Source of the DNA: Hydrolagus colliei
Lineage: Eukaryota
Length of the DNA: 64,000 nucleotides
Direction: 5' to 3'
Assembly (NCBI GenBank): GCA_035084275.1
Contig: CM068743.1
Location: 18,476,001 to 18,540,000 of the forward strand
Positions 1 to 12,418 of the stretch are shown one piece after another. The translations under genes were made by a program, and so were the position numbers. Below the pieces are notes generated by a model. That model did not search any database and was not told the origin of the DNA. It worked only from the letters and a program-made list of their open reading frames with translations. How positions within the stretch are numbered: position 1 is the stretch's first letter; each line of letters opens with the position of its first letter.

Positions 1-1039
1 TTTTTTTCTCCCTACTAAGGTTCTGTGCTCTCCAAATGACTTAAAGAAAGACATTACTATTTCTACTGTGGTCTCTGGAGTTCATTTTCTATTAATGAGT
101 ATTTATTGGATGCAATATTTATCCAACGAGTGCACTCAACCAAAAAAAACAGAAGGGGCAAGATTCTCTGTTGTTTTAAGACATAATATTTTTTATTTGA
201 TATTTATTTAACAAGTTGACCCAACTGAACAAAACTTGAGGGGAAAGGTTCTTTGATTTTGTAAGATTTTGAAATAGGGAGTTATTTTCTTTGTTACCAA
301 GATGGACTGATTGATGGCAGCAAGCTTCTGTAAGGTCGCATCTATGCGGTTGGCTTTTGTTTTAAGGTCATGGTAGCAAAGGGGGAGAAGTGATTTTAAG
401 AAAAAGCTCTTTCAGGGTAACAAAGGATGAACAATAAACAGGGGCAGACAAAATGCCCACATCTTGAGACATAGTTTAAAAAAAATGTCCTGAGATGTAG
501 ATAATCTTAATGGGTCTCTGCTTCTATGCTATTTGTGAGAGTACTTAGGTAAGTACTATTTATTGCCTGAAACATAGAATATAATATGTAAACGTGTTCT
601 GTAGCACGTCATAACCAAAATTTTCTTCTAAAAAATGTAAGAAAAATCACAATGAGAAATAGTCAGATAACAAAATTCCTCCAACACATTAACTCTTCCA
701 TCAGGCATTGGATTGCATTCTGAACAAACTTTTGCCTGTTATTTGCTTCAGTGATTGAATTTGATGTCGGAAATAATCCATTCTACAATGACTTCTAGAG
801 CCAACTGTAACCTCTCTAGATGTTAATTTAGATTAAATTCATTTTATCTTATGGGTATACTGTTCAGTTAGTTAGACGATATATCACGACTTAGATCAAC
901 TACCTTGATTTGAATGCATAAAAATAAATACAGTGAACTCCTGATAATAAAATGCATTTGTCACCTCAAGGATCGATTAGGGAAATTCAACCCTCATCGG
1001 CTTCCCTAATTCTTCCCTATACAAGCTGTAGATCATCCA

Positions 1040-1335
1040 GAACTCTACAGCTCGTATAGTCTCTCGCACCAGGCTTCCAGCACCTCCAACCTCACCCGGC
1101 TTCACTGGCTCCCCATTCCTCATGGTGTAGAATTCAAAATCCTTGTTCTTACTTTCAAGCCCTTCTCTAGCCTTGCCCCCAACTACTTCTCTGATCTGCC
1201 TTCCAGATCTCCCACCCGACCAGCCCTTCCATCAGCAGCTAGGCTGACCAGTGTCTTGACTGTTCAGGGCCTTGGGACATCCTCCTGACATGAAAGGTGC
1301 TTTACAAATGTAATTTTATGGTTGTTGTTGTTGTT
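1040..1335 (+). mobile_element. L2-clade LINE 3' fragment
   Basis: LHWLP...FKIL-type coding relic (cttcactggctcccc...ttcaaaatcctt) followed by the tail ccttgggacatcctcctgacatgaaaggtgc...(gtt)n. Confidence 0.8.
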
Positions 1336-2096
1336 ATTATAAAACACAAGCTTACTTCACTGATTGGCTTATATTATCGTGATGTCAAGATCCCAACTGC
1401 ATTCCATGCAAAATGTGAATAAGGGTTCTCCTCACTCATGATGTATAAAGTTTCATTCTAATATTGGAATGATTCAGTAAAATATTGGGTAAAATATTGG
1501 ATATATCACGGAAGAGAACTGACCTGTAATGCAGGAAATTGTTACTCAGCCACAACTTGTGCCGCATACCGGGACCCTGAAGCTAACTCTCGGAATGAGT
1601 GGCCTAGAGCAGAGGAACAGGAAAACGAAAGTGAGGAAGATGAGAATTGTAATTGTAAGCCAGTACTTATTTCTGAAGATAGGATGGTTCTATGAAGGTT
1701 AAACTAACTTTGCTCAAAGAGCTAGCTGCAGAAATGACTATCAGTCTTGTGCATCTGGAAAAGTGAGAGTAAATCTGTTATAGTACAGCATCTTGGATAA
1801 GCTGTCAGATGCATCGAATGTGATATAACCCTTCTGAAAGATATGAGGAAGAAAATCTAAATCAGTGACAAAATATAGCGTGAAATGGCAAGTACTAAAT
1901 ATGCAATGCCTGTACAATCTATTTAGCTGGTACTTAACAACCAGGTATGGCATAAAAACCAAACAAAGTGTGTTGATGTAGGTCCTCATCGTGGGCCCAA
2001 TGGAGACATGCCTACATAAGTCACTGAGTTCCTTTCACTTGGAGTGACAATCTAGCAGCAGTTTAGTGTAACTGTTTTGGAATCTCCAAACATATG

Positions 2097-2184
2097 CCCA
2101 GGTAGCAAGCCCATGTGGGGCCCATATGGGCAAGGATCAACCCAATTTGTCGCATATGGGGCCCATATGGGCTTGCTACCTGGA
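2097..2184. mobile_element. 88-bp palindromic MITE with CCCAG termini (EnSpm/CACTA-like, tentative)
   Basis: cccaggtagcaagcccat...atgggcttgctacctgga inverted arms, flanked by TG/TG 2-bp direct repeat (2095-2096, 2185-2186). Confidence 0.7.
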
Positions 2185-2974
2185 TGGTGAACCAGGGTTC
2201 AATGGGTATAGATGTCTGTTATGGACAAAGGCCATAACAGGACAAAGGTCTGTTAACCTTGCAAGCCAACGTCACATTGCGTTCGGTGGTCCTATTTGGG
2301 CAGCCAAGGGAAGCTTGCCAGTACTCACAATGGTAAATGGTTTTAGCCGGGTTATCGTCAGCAGTGCCTGAGAGAGTCAAGAGTCAAGGCCTAGGGACCC
2401 CAGTGCCTACTCTGGGGTCCCCAGGCCTTGACTCTCATAAAACTCTCCAAAATGAGCATGTGTCCCTGGGTTGGTGGAATTCATATGTGGAACTCGGTCA
2501 ACTGACTAAACAAGTTTATATTTGTTAGAAATGCACTGAAATATGTACTGAAAATAAACTCAGTTGGCCTCTGACTCATTTAAAAAAAAGATTGTTGCCC
2601 TTGATATTGTGCCTTTCACGTTGGGAAGCCATCCTAAAGTGCTTCACATGATTTACTGTGAAATTGCACACAGCAATGTCTCACAAACAGTCATGAAACA
2701 AATTACCAATTTTATTTGAGGGATTGTTCGCTTGGACCCTGGGAGAAAATTGCCAGTACACTATTTGTAGTATTTACAGTTCAAATGCTGTGGGCTTGTG
2801 CAAAGTGCAGACCCTTGCTTGATGATCCATTGCCTGAAACACTTGTTTTAATGCACTGCTTGTGATATCAACAGCCCTGTTTGGAAGAAACAACTTACTG
2901 GAAGTTCTTGCTAGAAGAACATCCTTTATCTATCAGTGGAAAACTTGCAGTTAGTCAATTGTAAGGTTGTTTTC

Positions 2975-3170
2975 CAGGTTAATATTCCCTCAAGAAAATA
3001 AATATCGGTCATTCACTCCACAACTGCTTATGGAACATTGCTGTGCGCAATTGGCTGCCATGTTTCACCCATAAAATACAGTCACTGCTCTTCACAGTTT
3101 ATTCTTTGAAGCACTTTGAACTGTCTCAATGACGTGATAAGGTACTGTAGTATTATTATTATTATTATTA
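2975..3170 (+). mobile_element. SINE 3' half (SacSINE1/DeuSINE-like tail)
   Basis: ctgtgcgcaattggctgc...gaagcactttga...(tat)n, the motif shared by many copies in the window. Confidence 0.75.
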
Positions 3171-3269
3171 TGATAGGTTGCACGGTTTTAGTTGGGTTAG
3201 CTCAGCATAACCCCCAATATAAACTCTGAGGTTCCTAAGCCTTGACTCTTGTCAACCTGTGAATGTACA

Positions 3270-3440
3270 GGAGTTCTGTAGCTCTGTGGTTAGAACACTT
3301 GCCTTGCAAACAAAGACCTGGGTTTGATTCCTGACAGGGCAAATCCAAATTGGCCACTCAATCCATGACTGTTGGTGTTTTGCCTACGAAATATACAGTC
3401 AATTCACCGTTACATTATATTATGTGAAGCGCCTTGATAA
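3270..3440 (+). mobile_element. tRNA-derived SINE, internally deleted
   Basis: A-box-like gtagctctgtggttagaacac, B-box-like ggtttgattcc, then aaatatacagtcaattcac...gtgaagcgc tail. Confidence 0.75.
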
Positions 3441-6029
3441 GGGCAGGGGAAAGAGTAATTCAGGGGAAAGAGTGTGCTTTCCGTACCAGATAAATGGAAA
3501 TCGTGGATAAGTGCAATCCTTAATTACCTCTTAAGAATGGTGATGGGATCCGCGTGTGTCAGGCACCTGTCTGACCAAAAACATTGTGAGGAATAATCGC
3601 TGAATATTGTTGGTATGAAGGACGATATAGCAATAATAGTGATAATTCAGCTTCTGTCTGAGTAATAATCTGTGATGTGATGCAGAAATTTGCGTCAAGG
3701 TTTTGAAGAGCTTTCTGTATGGTGTGTGTGGTATATGTCGAGTGATTCTCTTCTGGCTGCTAAACATAACTATTTTAATGAAGAGCAGAAAGTGGCTTTG
3801 AGATCTTTGAGATTATTTCAAAGAACAAGTACAATACATGACCTCTTTCGTGTGATGATTCATAATATTAATAATTCTAGCATTTGATATAGCATCTTAT
3901 TATATCTAGAAGACATCTCAAATCGCTTCACAGAATATACTGTAAAGTGGATTGACTGTGTGTTTTACAGGCAAAACGCAACAATTTAAAATTAGGTTTT
4001 CAATTTAGGAAGCATTGACATGACTTCTGGCAACAAGATTGTTGTAGCTAATCATCTGTTGGCTGTGTTACCTCTCAGTTGATAAGAGAGTGACATTTCC
4101 TTCATCCTCCGATATGTATGACCGGAAAGATTAGTAATCAGAAGAAGAAAGTGGAATATTCAGTGACACCTTTGCATTCTAGAAGTAATGAATATCCGTG
4201 CCAATGTAATGTGTATTGCTGTATTCACTGCTACACGTGTTTGATATCATCAACTGTTACACAACAGGACTTGTAGTTCTTTGACACCTTGAATATGATC
4301 CCAGTGATCACATAAGGGATGTTCGACGCAAAGGAAAATGAAGTCAGTCTTATTGCCAATTGTCTCACAGGAACTGACTAATAAAGTTGCTTTAACAATT
4401 GGCAGGTTTCCAAGCTGTTGTAACTCAAAGGCATGTGATGGTCCTTGGATACTGTTGCAGAAATCTGAAAGGTCCTGGTCACTTATGGGCCCAAGTTTAG
4501 AGCTTCTCAACAGGATGGGACAAAGTAATTCATGGAATTGCTCACTGTGAACATTAGCTGGAACAAAATAATTTCCTTTACAATTTTGTCTTTGTAATTC
4601 CTTTTTGTTTGATCAGCCGGGTGTCTTGACACACGTGGAAACCTATCACCACGTTTAAGAGTAACCAAGCTAGACTTAAGAGCTCCTTGTTTGCTACTTA
4701 CATATAAAAAATACTGTGTCCGGAATGGAATGCATACACTATCTGTAAGGAAGTACACTATTTATCTAATTCTGGAGAGTAGTCAGACTTGGAGACACCA
4801 AAGTATGCATTGGAGTACAGCTGGAGTTTAACCATCCAAAACTGCATAGCTTGCCATTCAATCTTTATTTACATTTGTTGTTACGCATTGCACGGACAAT
4901 GATTTGCTATCATTCAGAAGTAGGAACAATTTTGCTTCCTAGTTTGTGGAACAGGATTTGAAAAATATTACATCTTTCTTATATGTCAGATGTCTAGCAT
5001 TTTTTCAAAACCTTTGTTCTGCTAACAATTGAATACTGTCTAGAGAATAGACATTGACTGATAACTACTGACAATTTGACTGACAATAGACTCAGTTCAT
5101 TCATATTAACATTGAACGTTGAAGTTGGGCAGGAAAGCCGTAGTTATTGCTAAAGTAACCAGCAGAGAGAATAAAAGTTCTTTACATAGATTAAAACAAC
5201 CAATGTTTGTATCCATTTGAAATGGCTCTTGAATTTTTCACATGAATGAGGAGAGACAGCTTATCCAGCAGTATTTTAATGTGGGAAATGGCCTGAGCTT
5301 CCTGCTTAGAACTGAGCCCTTTTGCTATTCTTGTCTCACAACAAAGGGGTAATATTCTGTATTAATGACCTGTCTGTGACTGGATTCATTTGATGAGCAG
5401 CCAACAGACCTGATAATTGAACTCTTGTGATTGAATCGAATGCGCTCACAGATACTGTTCATTCATCATCACCTGATGTGTCTTGTTTGCTCCCTGCTAT
5501 GAATAGAACCTGTTGCGACAATGGATTTCTTTGTGAAGTTCCCAAGTCGTCTCAAGAATTAGCCACAAGGTAATGAAGCTGGAATGATGCCAGAGGTGGG
5601 AATACGTGTATTAAAGCGAGGTGCTAGTTTCATTGTGTCATTAAATACAGCTGGCTGCCAGTTTAAAGACAAAACCTCAGATTTACTTGTGAAATTGTAA
5701 CAGAAATTTTCAGCAGGAAATTGCATAAAAGTATAAAAATATGATTAAATAATAGAAGGCAGAAGATAATAAGAGGAGATATATCTGCCGGTTGAACTGA
5801 AGTCCTGTCTTGAAATGAACAGAGAACAGTTATAATGCTACTTCCATATTCCTTATTTCCGATGTGTTTTGGCTAAAGTTTACTCCTATGGTTTACCGGC
5901 AGGTGAAATACAAAATGCTGTATGATACTTTTTAATTTTGTATGTAGCTTGGGACGAGACTGTGATTGGGAGGAGGGGTGACTTGGGGAGGTGGGGGGAC
6001 GAAAGTAATGAACCTATTTGTCAACAGTT

Positions 6030-6290
6030 ACCAGTTTGACTCAATGCATTCTCACGGAGTCAGTTGTGTGTTGAAGCCCATGTCGACACTTAAACTCATG
6101 GTCTAAGCTGGTTCAGTATAGAAGTGGGGAGTGCTTCATTCTTGGAGGTTTGGATGAGAGATTTAAACTGAAATGCCATTCACCTGTTCATATGGATATT
6201 AAAGATCCCAGGAAACTATTTGAAAAGAGAAGAAACGTCTTCTCAATATCCTGGCCAACGATGCATTCCCTCGTGGTTGTTTATGGGATC
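6030..6290 (+). mobile_element. Old DeuSINE (SacSINE1-like) copy
   Basis: Deu-domain-like ggatgagag..ttaaactga...ggatattaaagatccca...tcctggccaa; similar to the 44015 copy. Confidence 0.65.
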
Positions 6291-7199
6291 TGATGCCACC
6301 ACTCTTAAGTGAATCCGAGACAGAATCTCAAGCAGGCTTTCCCTGTAAGATACCCGATTAACACTTTTTGTCAATGACATGGCTGAAATCAGAAGTTCCA
6401 CAGTGAATCCCGCACACCTCGCACTGACTTTTAAATAGCATACAAAATGTTAACCATAATAGAGTTAATGATTACTAAAGTATTTACACATAGAGGTTTG
6501 AAACGCTAAATCTGTATTTACACATAAGATGCTTTTAAACAGCTCCCTTTTGAGTTGCAGGTATCAATTATTTAGAGCTATATTTAGCTCACTCCTGTAA
6601 TAAGTGACTTTGTAATTAGAGAGATAGCTCTAATAATGCTGCAAATCATCACTGAGTGGCTATAACTGTTATATGTTAAATTATACACCAGGGGCTTTTT
6701 GTTTGAGATAACCTACCCCTATGTTATTAGTAACTGCTGTCTGCCTACTGGGAACCTTTTGCATTAATGATGAATGAGATAAGGATTGAAGTCAGTAAAA
6801 TGGACAACAGGTGCTTTCATGACATACAAGTGCCTCCAGATGCAGAGGACACATCTTCATTGTCTGATCGGATCCTGGTCCCACCGACTAGGCTGTGAAA
6901 AACCTGTTAATTATTGAGAAATCCTAGCATGAAGGAAGCTCTTTTCTTTTCACCGTAATTCAAAACCAAAGCTTGATGACAATATGTTTTTATTACATGC
7001 AATAAAGCTTCATTCTGCAGCCAGACTGCATAATTTTTTGGTAATTTATCATGGACTTTTTTTCGACAATAAATAGCAAATACAAAATATTAACTTTATT
7101 TCAGTTATCTGGTAAATGTTTTTCTTTGAGGTGGGGTGTTGTGGAGGGGGTCAGCAGAAAGAACACTCCCCAAATTGAAAAAAACCCAGAAATCGCTGG

Positions 7200-7740
7200 G
7201 AACAATCAGCTCACCCCAAATAAAATTGTTCATTCACTTCATGGTTGTTTGTGGGACATTGCCCAAATTGGCTACGGATTCTACTACAAGAATATGATCA
7301 GTACACTTTATAGTAAATCCTGTGAAGTGCTCCAAGCCTTCCAACTTGAAGGTGATGTATGTCACCTGCAAGGCTTATTTTTTTTTGTATGTTTGAGTAT
7401 CGGCAGATTCAAGAGAGAATTAGATGGCGGTTTGCTGGAGAAACCTATGGAGGATAATGAGAGATGGAGAAATGTATGATTGGTTTTTACTCTGAGGTTT
7501 ACCAGATAGCCCCAGTTTGTGGTCGATTGGCGGATCATTTTCCAGGCTAATGATCCCTCCAAATGAAAAACAAATTGTTATTCAATTCACAATTGTTTAT
7601 AGGATCCTGCTGGGCACAATTGGCTGCTGTATTTCTCTCACAAAATAGTAAATCCAATTTACAGTATATTCTGTGAAGCACTTTGACGTTTCACAACGAT
7701 GTGATAAAGTGCTATATCAAATGCAAGCATTATTATTATT
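7200..7740 (+). mobile_element. Cluster of two SINE 3' fragments and a short CR1 3' fragment (~7390-7475)
   Basis: gttgtttgtgggacattg and caattggctgc...gtgaagcactttga...caagcattattatt; CR1-like ttcaagagagaattagat. Confidence 0.6.
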
Positions 7741-7979
7741 ATCTCAAAGCATTTCAGAGGATATACTGTAAAGTGTAGTGTCTGTGTATTTTGAAGGTGA
7801 ACCAAGGGAATGATTCAGCTATTTCTTTTATCTCCAGCTCCTTGCACTATTTACAGTAACTACACCTGTGTGTGACACTAACCAAATTCTAGGTCAAAGC
7901 CTCAGTGAGGGATTGTTATTGTCCTTGCTAGTTCCTGCATTGCCGGGGATTATTTCCTGACAATTAAACTGTACTTTTG

Positions 7980-8375
7980 TCTGGCTCCAGCGCTTGATTA
8001 GTGGCACCACCCAGTGTAGTATTATGATAAATAGACAAGAGGTCATGGGTTCAATTCCTGCTCTATGCTGAGTTAGCAGTTGGAACACTACAATTGGCTT
8101 TAGTGCCCATAGGCAGTGGAAGGGAAAAGTTTCCTACTCCAGTTATCTCCCACTGAAAAGTATATGGACATCAGGTGGAAATAGGATCAGGTCAACTGTA
8201 ATCTCTCCACAAGCAATTAACCTGCTGACACTGACACTCAGTCTCAAGGCTCACGTGTGAAAATGCTCCCTTGGGCATGTTATTGGGAGGACGCTAAATC
8301 CTGTGGAATCCCGTCTCAGCAGGAGTTGTTGCCTTCAGGAGATGAGGAAGAGAGAAGAGGGTAAGAGAATTGGCA
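7980..8375 (+). mobile_element. Old tRNA-derived SINE of a different family (AmnSINE2/LmeSINE-like, tentative)
   Basis: ggttcaattcctg B box followed by tgctgagttagc...ctacaattggc..agtgccc; a related fragment lies at ~18860-19010. Confidence 0.5.
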
Positions 8376-9168
8376 ACAAAAAATCCAAACCACCAGTGCG
8401 CAAGACCTTGTGGAACTGACTTAGAAGATCCATTTTGTGTGCGTCTGGTTGCTCATGATTTTGTATTCGTGAAGCTTATTTTCGCTAAGGTTTCCTTTTT
8501 TAAATTGTTTTTATCAATGGATCTGAAAATTCAGCCTGAATATTGAGGCTGAAGCAATTCTAACAATTGATACAATGCTTATGTATCACTTTTTATATGG
8601 ACTGCCCTGCAAGTTTTTAAAAGAAAGTAGTACTGTATTCAATGTCTTTGAAAGTATGGCCTCCAGCTAATGCAAAACTTGTGTGTAGCCTTACTGCTTT
8701 GAACTGAGGATTGAACTTGCCCCCGTTGTGTTTGTTTTAGCTGTCTGTGTCCATATATCATTTGTATGCTATAAGAACTGTATAGTCTAGCAAAGCAATA
8801 ATGGAACACAGCTCTTTAAAATGCCCAAATTTAGAAGTGCTTCAAAAATGCTTAACGCCTTCACATTGCTTTACGACAAAAGACCAATACCTATTCCTGA
8901 ATTATGTTCACTGGATTGTGCAACTGATCTGTTGTGTCAACCTTAAAACTTCTGTGCATTAATTTGCTTGCATTGTAATGCTGAGGGGTAGGGATGGACA
9001 TGTCTGTGAAGTAGATTACTTGGCATTCTTTCCCTTAAAATTGACAAATTAAGTTGTGTGTGTACTATGAGCAGAAGACTCTTTTAGTTACTTAACACAA
9101 TCTTTGTCGAAATGATTGCAATAAGGCTGCGAGCTACAGTGTTGAAGTTTCAACTTTAGGTTACAGTA

Positions 9169-9928
9169 CAATAAAAGCCCGTTTATCCGGCACCCGTGGG
9201 ACCTGGCCAATGCCGATTAAAGTGCCTGCCGGATATTCGGGCGGCCCGCGGCTGAAAACCCACCACAAACAAATTAAAGTTATTTTAACACACACCATAC
9301 ACACCATAAACACCAGACTAAATAAGAACAGATAATAACAGAATATTGTATTGGTACTTATTATTAAAATTATTCTCTTGTGCTTCTCACCATTACTGAT
9401 TGAGGTTTACAGTCCAGCGATTCTTTTTTAAATGGAGGACGCCAAGCGGGTAAAAAAAAACGGCAGCGTGATTTTAAAGTCTTGCGACTACCAGCAGCAA
9501 GCCGATAGCCCTAGATAGCCCCAGACTCTACGAGCGGCAAACCAAAATACTGTACTTGTGCGACAATGTGGGATATCGGCTAGCGTTATCGGCTTGCCAC
9601 TACTATGGCTTTAAAGTCGCGCTCCGTTTTTTTCACCTGCTTGCCGTGCTCCATTTTAAAAAGAATCACTGAACTATAAACCTCAACCGCAGCATCATGG
9701 CTTCAAGCGCAACATCCACTAGTAAAGGTGAGAAGCGCAAGAGAGTAATTTTAACAATAAGTACCAATACAATATTCTGTTATTATGTTATTATTTATGC
9801 ATTTACAAATGCTCCATTGCTATTGTTCCGGATAAGTTACAGTTTATCGAATGGGGACTTGTTTTGGGGGCGTGGCGTTTATACGGAAGTGCCAGTTCAT
9901 TGAGTCACAGATAAATGGGCTTCTACTG
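9169..9928. mobile_element. Tigger/pogo-like (Tc1-mariner) non-autonomous foldback element
   Basis: TA-flanked TIRs caataaaagcccgtttatc / gataaatgggcttctactg; long internal inverted repeat; transposase N-terminal relic MASSATSTSKGEKRKRVILTI at 9697. Confidence 0.85.
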
Positions 9929-10835
9929 TATTAGGTTTATATGACAAATGGAATGGTGAACACACTTTGCGCATGAAATCTAATTTTGCTCTGAACCACT
10001 TACTATGGCATAAGAGGGGGTCAAGATCTGAAAACGGAATGACCTTTACATTGAGATGTCTCAAAAGTGTTTCACAGAATATACTGTAAAGTGAATTCAC
10101 TGTATATTTAGTGGGGAAAACAAAATGCTATGTATTCACACTACCGATGCTCAGCTTGTTTTTTTTTAATAATGTTCTTAAAAAAGAGGTTGTGCAAAAT
10201 CTTCTTGGAAAATGATTCCACATAGACACAGAAGCAGATACAGTCTCATTCCAGTATGTTTTTCATGTGGCCATTCTTCATATATTATGCAGACATTGAG
10301 CATTGACAAGACATAAAGCTCATTACCACCATACCCGATTGTGTTCTGAACTGCCCTTGATAAATTGAAATGTGACAAGGAGCTTGAATTTGATCCACAA
10401 GATACAACTCCGGAAAGACCTTTTTTTAATATGGAAGAGTCTGTGATCAGCTGATATCATATACATTCGCTGGATGACAACCTGACCCATCAAAATGAGT
10501 ATTAAAAAGAAAACTGCCCTATCTGTCAATTTTATGCCCCTTTCAAAGATGCTGGTAAAGATTACTGAGTTTAGTGTGTATGTTTCATGCCCAACATTGA
10601 TTAATGTCTGACTGTGTGTTGTTGTGCAGCAGAAATCTGTGATTTTACTGTGAAAAAGAGGACTCCAACTGAACCTAGTTTACTTCATAGATTGCGTTAA
10701 TTGATAAGGAAACTGGAAAGCAAACATTGTTTTCTATTAGGCTTGGTGATAGTCCAAATTAAGTTAATTTTCAATGGGACATTTTGTTTGTTTCTGTGCA
10801 TTTTATGTGGAACATCTGTGTAGAAGAAACAAATA

Positions 10836-11012
10836 CAGTGAACTCCTGACAGTTTGACTCTGGCTTAACTTGTCACTACCACTTAAGTCATCAAGCTGTC
10901 AATATCCCGTTCGCATTTATTTCTGTATTTACACGTATGCCTAACTCACCACTCCAGATAACTTGCAACTGATCCTTTTCCTTTGGAGTGATGGATTATC
11001 AGGAGTTCAGTG
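10836..11012. mobile_element. Tigger-like MITE
   Basis: ta|cagtgaactcctga ... tcaggagttcagtg|ta: 14-bp TIR with 1 mismatch and a TA TSD. An orphan copy of the same TIR lies at 931. Confidence 0.7.
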
Positions 11013-11244
11013 TAATATTTTTGCATTTGCACAATTCATTGCTATCTCTGAATTTTCGCTGGCAAATTTTTAGTTAAATCTACGGTTGAAAAACTGAAGC
11101 AGCAAAAGCAACATGAGGTGACATTTCTGCTGGTTTCAGAACTAAAAAGTTGATTAGAATTTATTTTAGGTGACAAGGCATTATGGAAATTTAAATATGA
11201 GCAGAATCAAAACAAATTCCCTCGTAACCACCTATACTACATCG

Positions 11245-12418
11245 TAGGGTCTGGCGATATATCGATATATTGCTAAAACACGATATAATTTTCATATCGA
11301 TATGCTGATATAGACATTTCAAAAATATCGATATATCAAAAAATTGGGATACGAGCACACTGAACTACAAGACTCAGATTGCTCATCTCTATACACAATG
11401 CACAGACCGAGGTGCAAAGCCATATTGTATTCACAGTCCTCGAACACAATATACAGGTATGCAAGGGGTGGGGGGTGAGAGAGACGGCTGGGGGTGGTGG
11501 GGGTGAGGGGGAGAGAGACTGCTAGGGGGGGGGGGGGGGTGAGGAGGAGAGAGACGGCTGGGGGGGAGGGGGAGAGAGACGGCTGGGGGGGGGGGGGAGA
11601 GACGGCTGGGAGGGGGAGAGGGGGAGAGAGACGGCTGGGGGGGTGGAGAGGGGGAGAGAGACGGCTGGGGGGAGGGGGAGAGAGACGGCTGGGGGGGGGA
11701 GGGGGGGAGAGAGATGGCTGGGGGGAGGGGGAGAGAGACGGCTGGGGGGAAGGGGAGAGAGACGGCTGGGGGGAAGGGGAGAGAGACGGCAGGGGGGAGG
11801 GGGAGAGAGACGGCTGTGGGGGGGAGAGAGACGGCTGGTGGGGGAGGAGAGGGGGAGAGAGACGGCTGGAGGGAGGGGGAGAGAGACGGCTCGGGGGAGG
11901 GGGAGAGAGACGGCTCGGGGGAGGGGGAGAGAGACGGCTCGGGGGAGGGGGAGAGAGACGGCTGGGGGGAGAAAGACGGCTGGAGGGGGGAGAGAGACGG
12001 CTGGGGGGGGAGGGAGAGAGAGACGGCGGGGGGAGGGAGAAAGAGATGGCTGGGGTGGTGGTGTGGGAGAGAGACGATGGGGGTGGGGGGTGCAAGAGAG
12101 GGACGGCGGGGGGGAGACGAGGTGGATGTGATACTATACAGATAGATAGAGATGGGGGGGATGTGAGAGAGGAGAGAGGGAGAGAGACACAGAGACACAC
12201 GGACAGAAAAACACAGAGATGGAGAGAGTGAGAGACACAGAGAGAGAAAGATATTTACCTTCTGAGAAGATAGGCCCGGAACGCACGCGCACTCCGAATG
12301 CGTGCGCCGCATGCGTATGCGCAGTACGAAAAAACCTGAAATTATCGATATTTCAGTATATCTCGATATGAGCCCATCGATATATTTAATCGGAAAATTT
12401 CCATATCGACGGACCCTA
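11245..12418. mobile_element. Non-autonomous hAT transposon carrying a G-rich minisatellite
   Basis: TIRs tagggtctggcgatat / atatcgacggacccta (14/16 match); perfect 8-bp TSD ctacatcg at 11237-11244 and 12419-12426. Confidence 0.92.
11465..12125 (+). repeat. G-rich minisatellite, ~24-bp unit gggggagggggagagagacggctg
   Basis: More than 20 degenerate units containing gagagacggct; the source of the low-complexity ORFs here. Confidence 0.95.

Noticed and set aside
2230-2430. Possible LF-SINE-like relic
   Set aside because: Only a vague resemblance (gttcggtggtcctat); cannot be supported without an alignment.
11465-12125. CRISPR-like repeat/spacer array
   Set aside because: Eukaryotic context; the intervening sequences are only variable G runs, not unique spacers; no cas genes.
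11319-12312. Long Pro/Ser- and Gly/Arg/Glu-rich ORFs (up to 293 aa)
   Set aside because: Translations of a stop-free G-rich minisatellite that is open in several frames on both strands.
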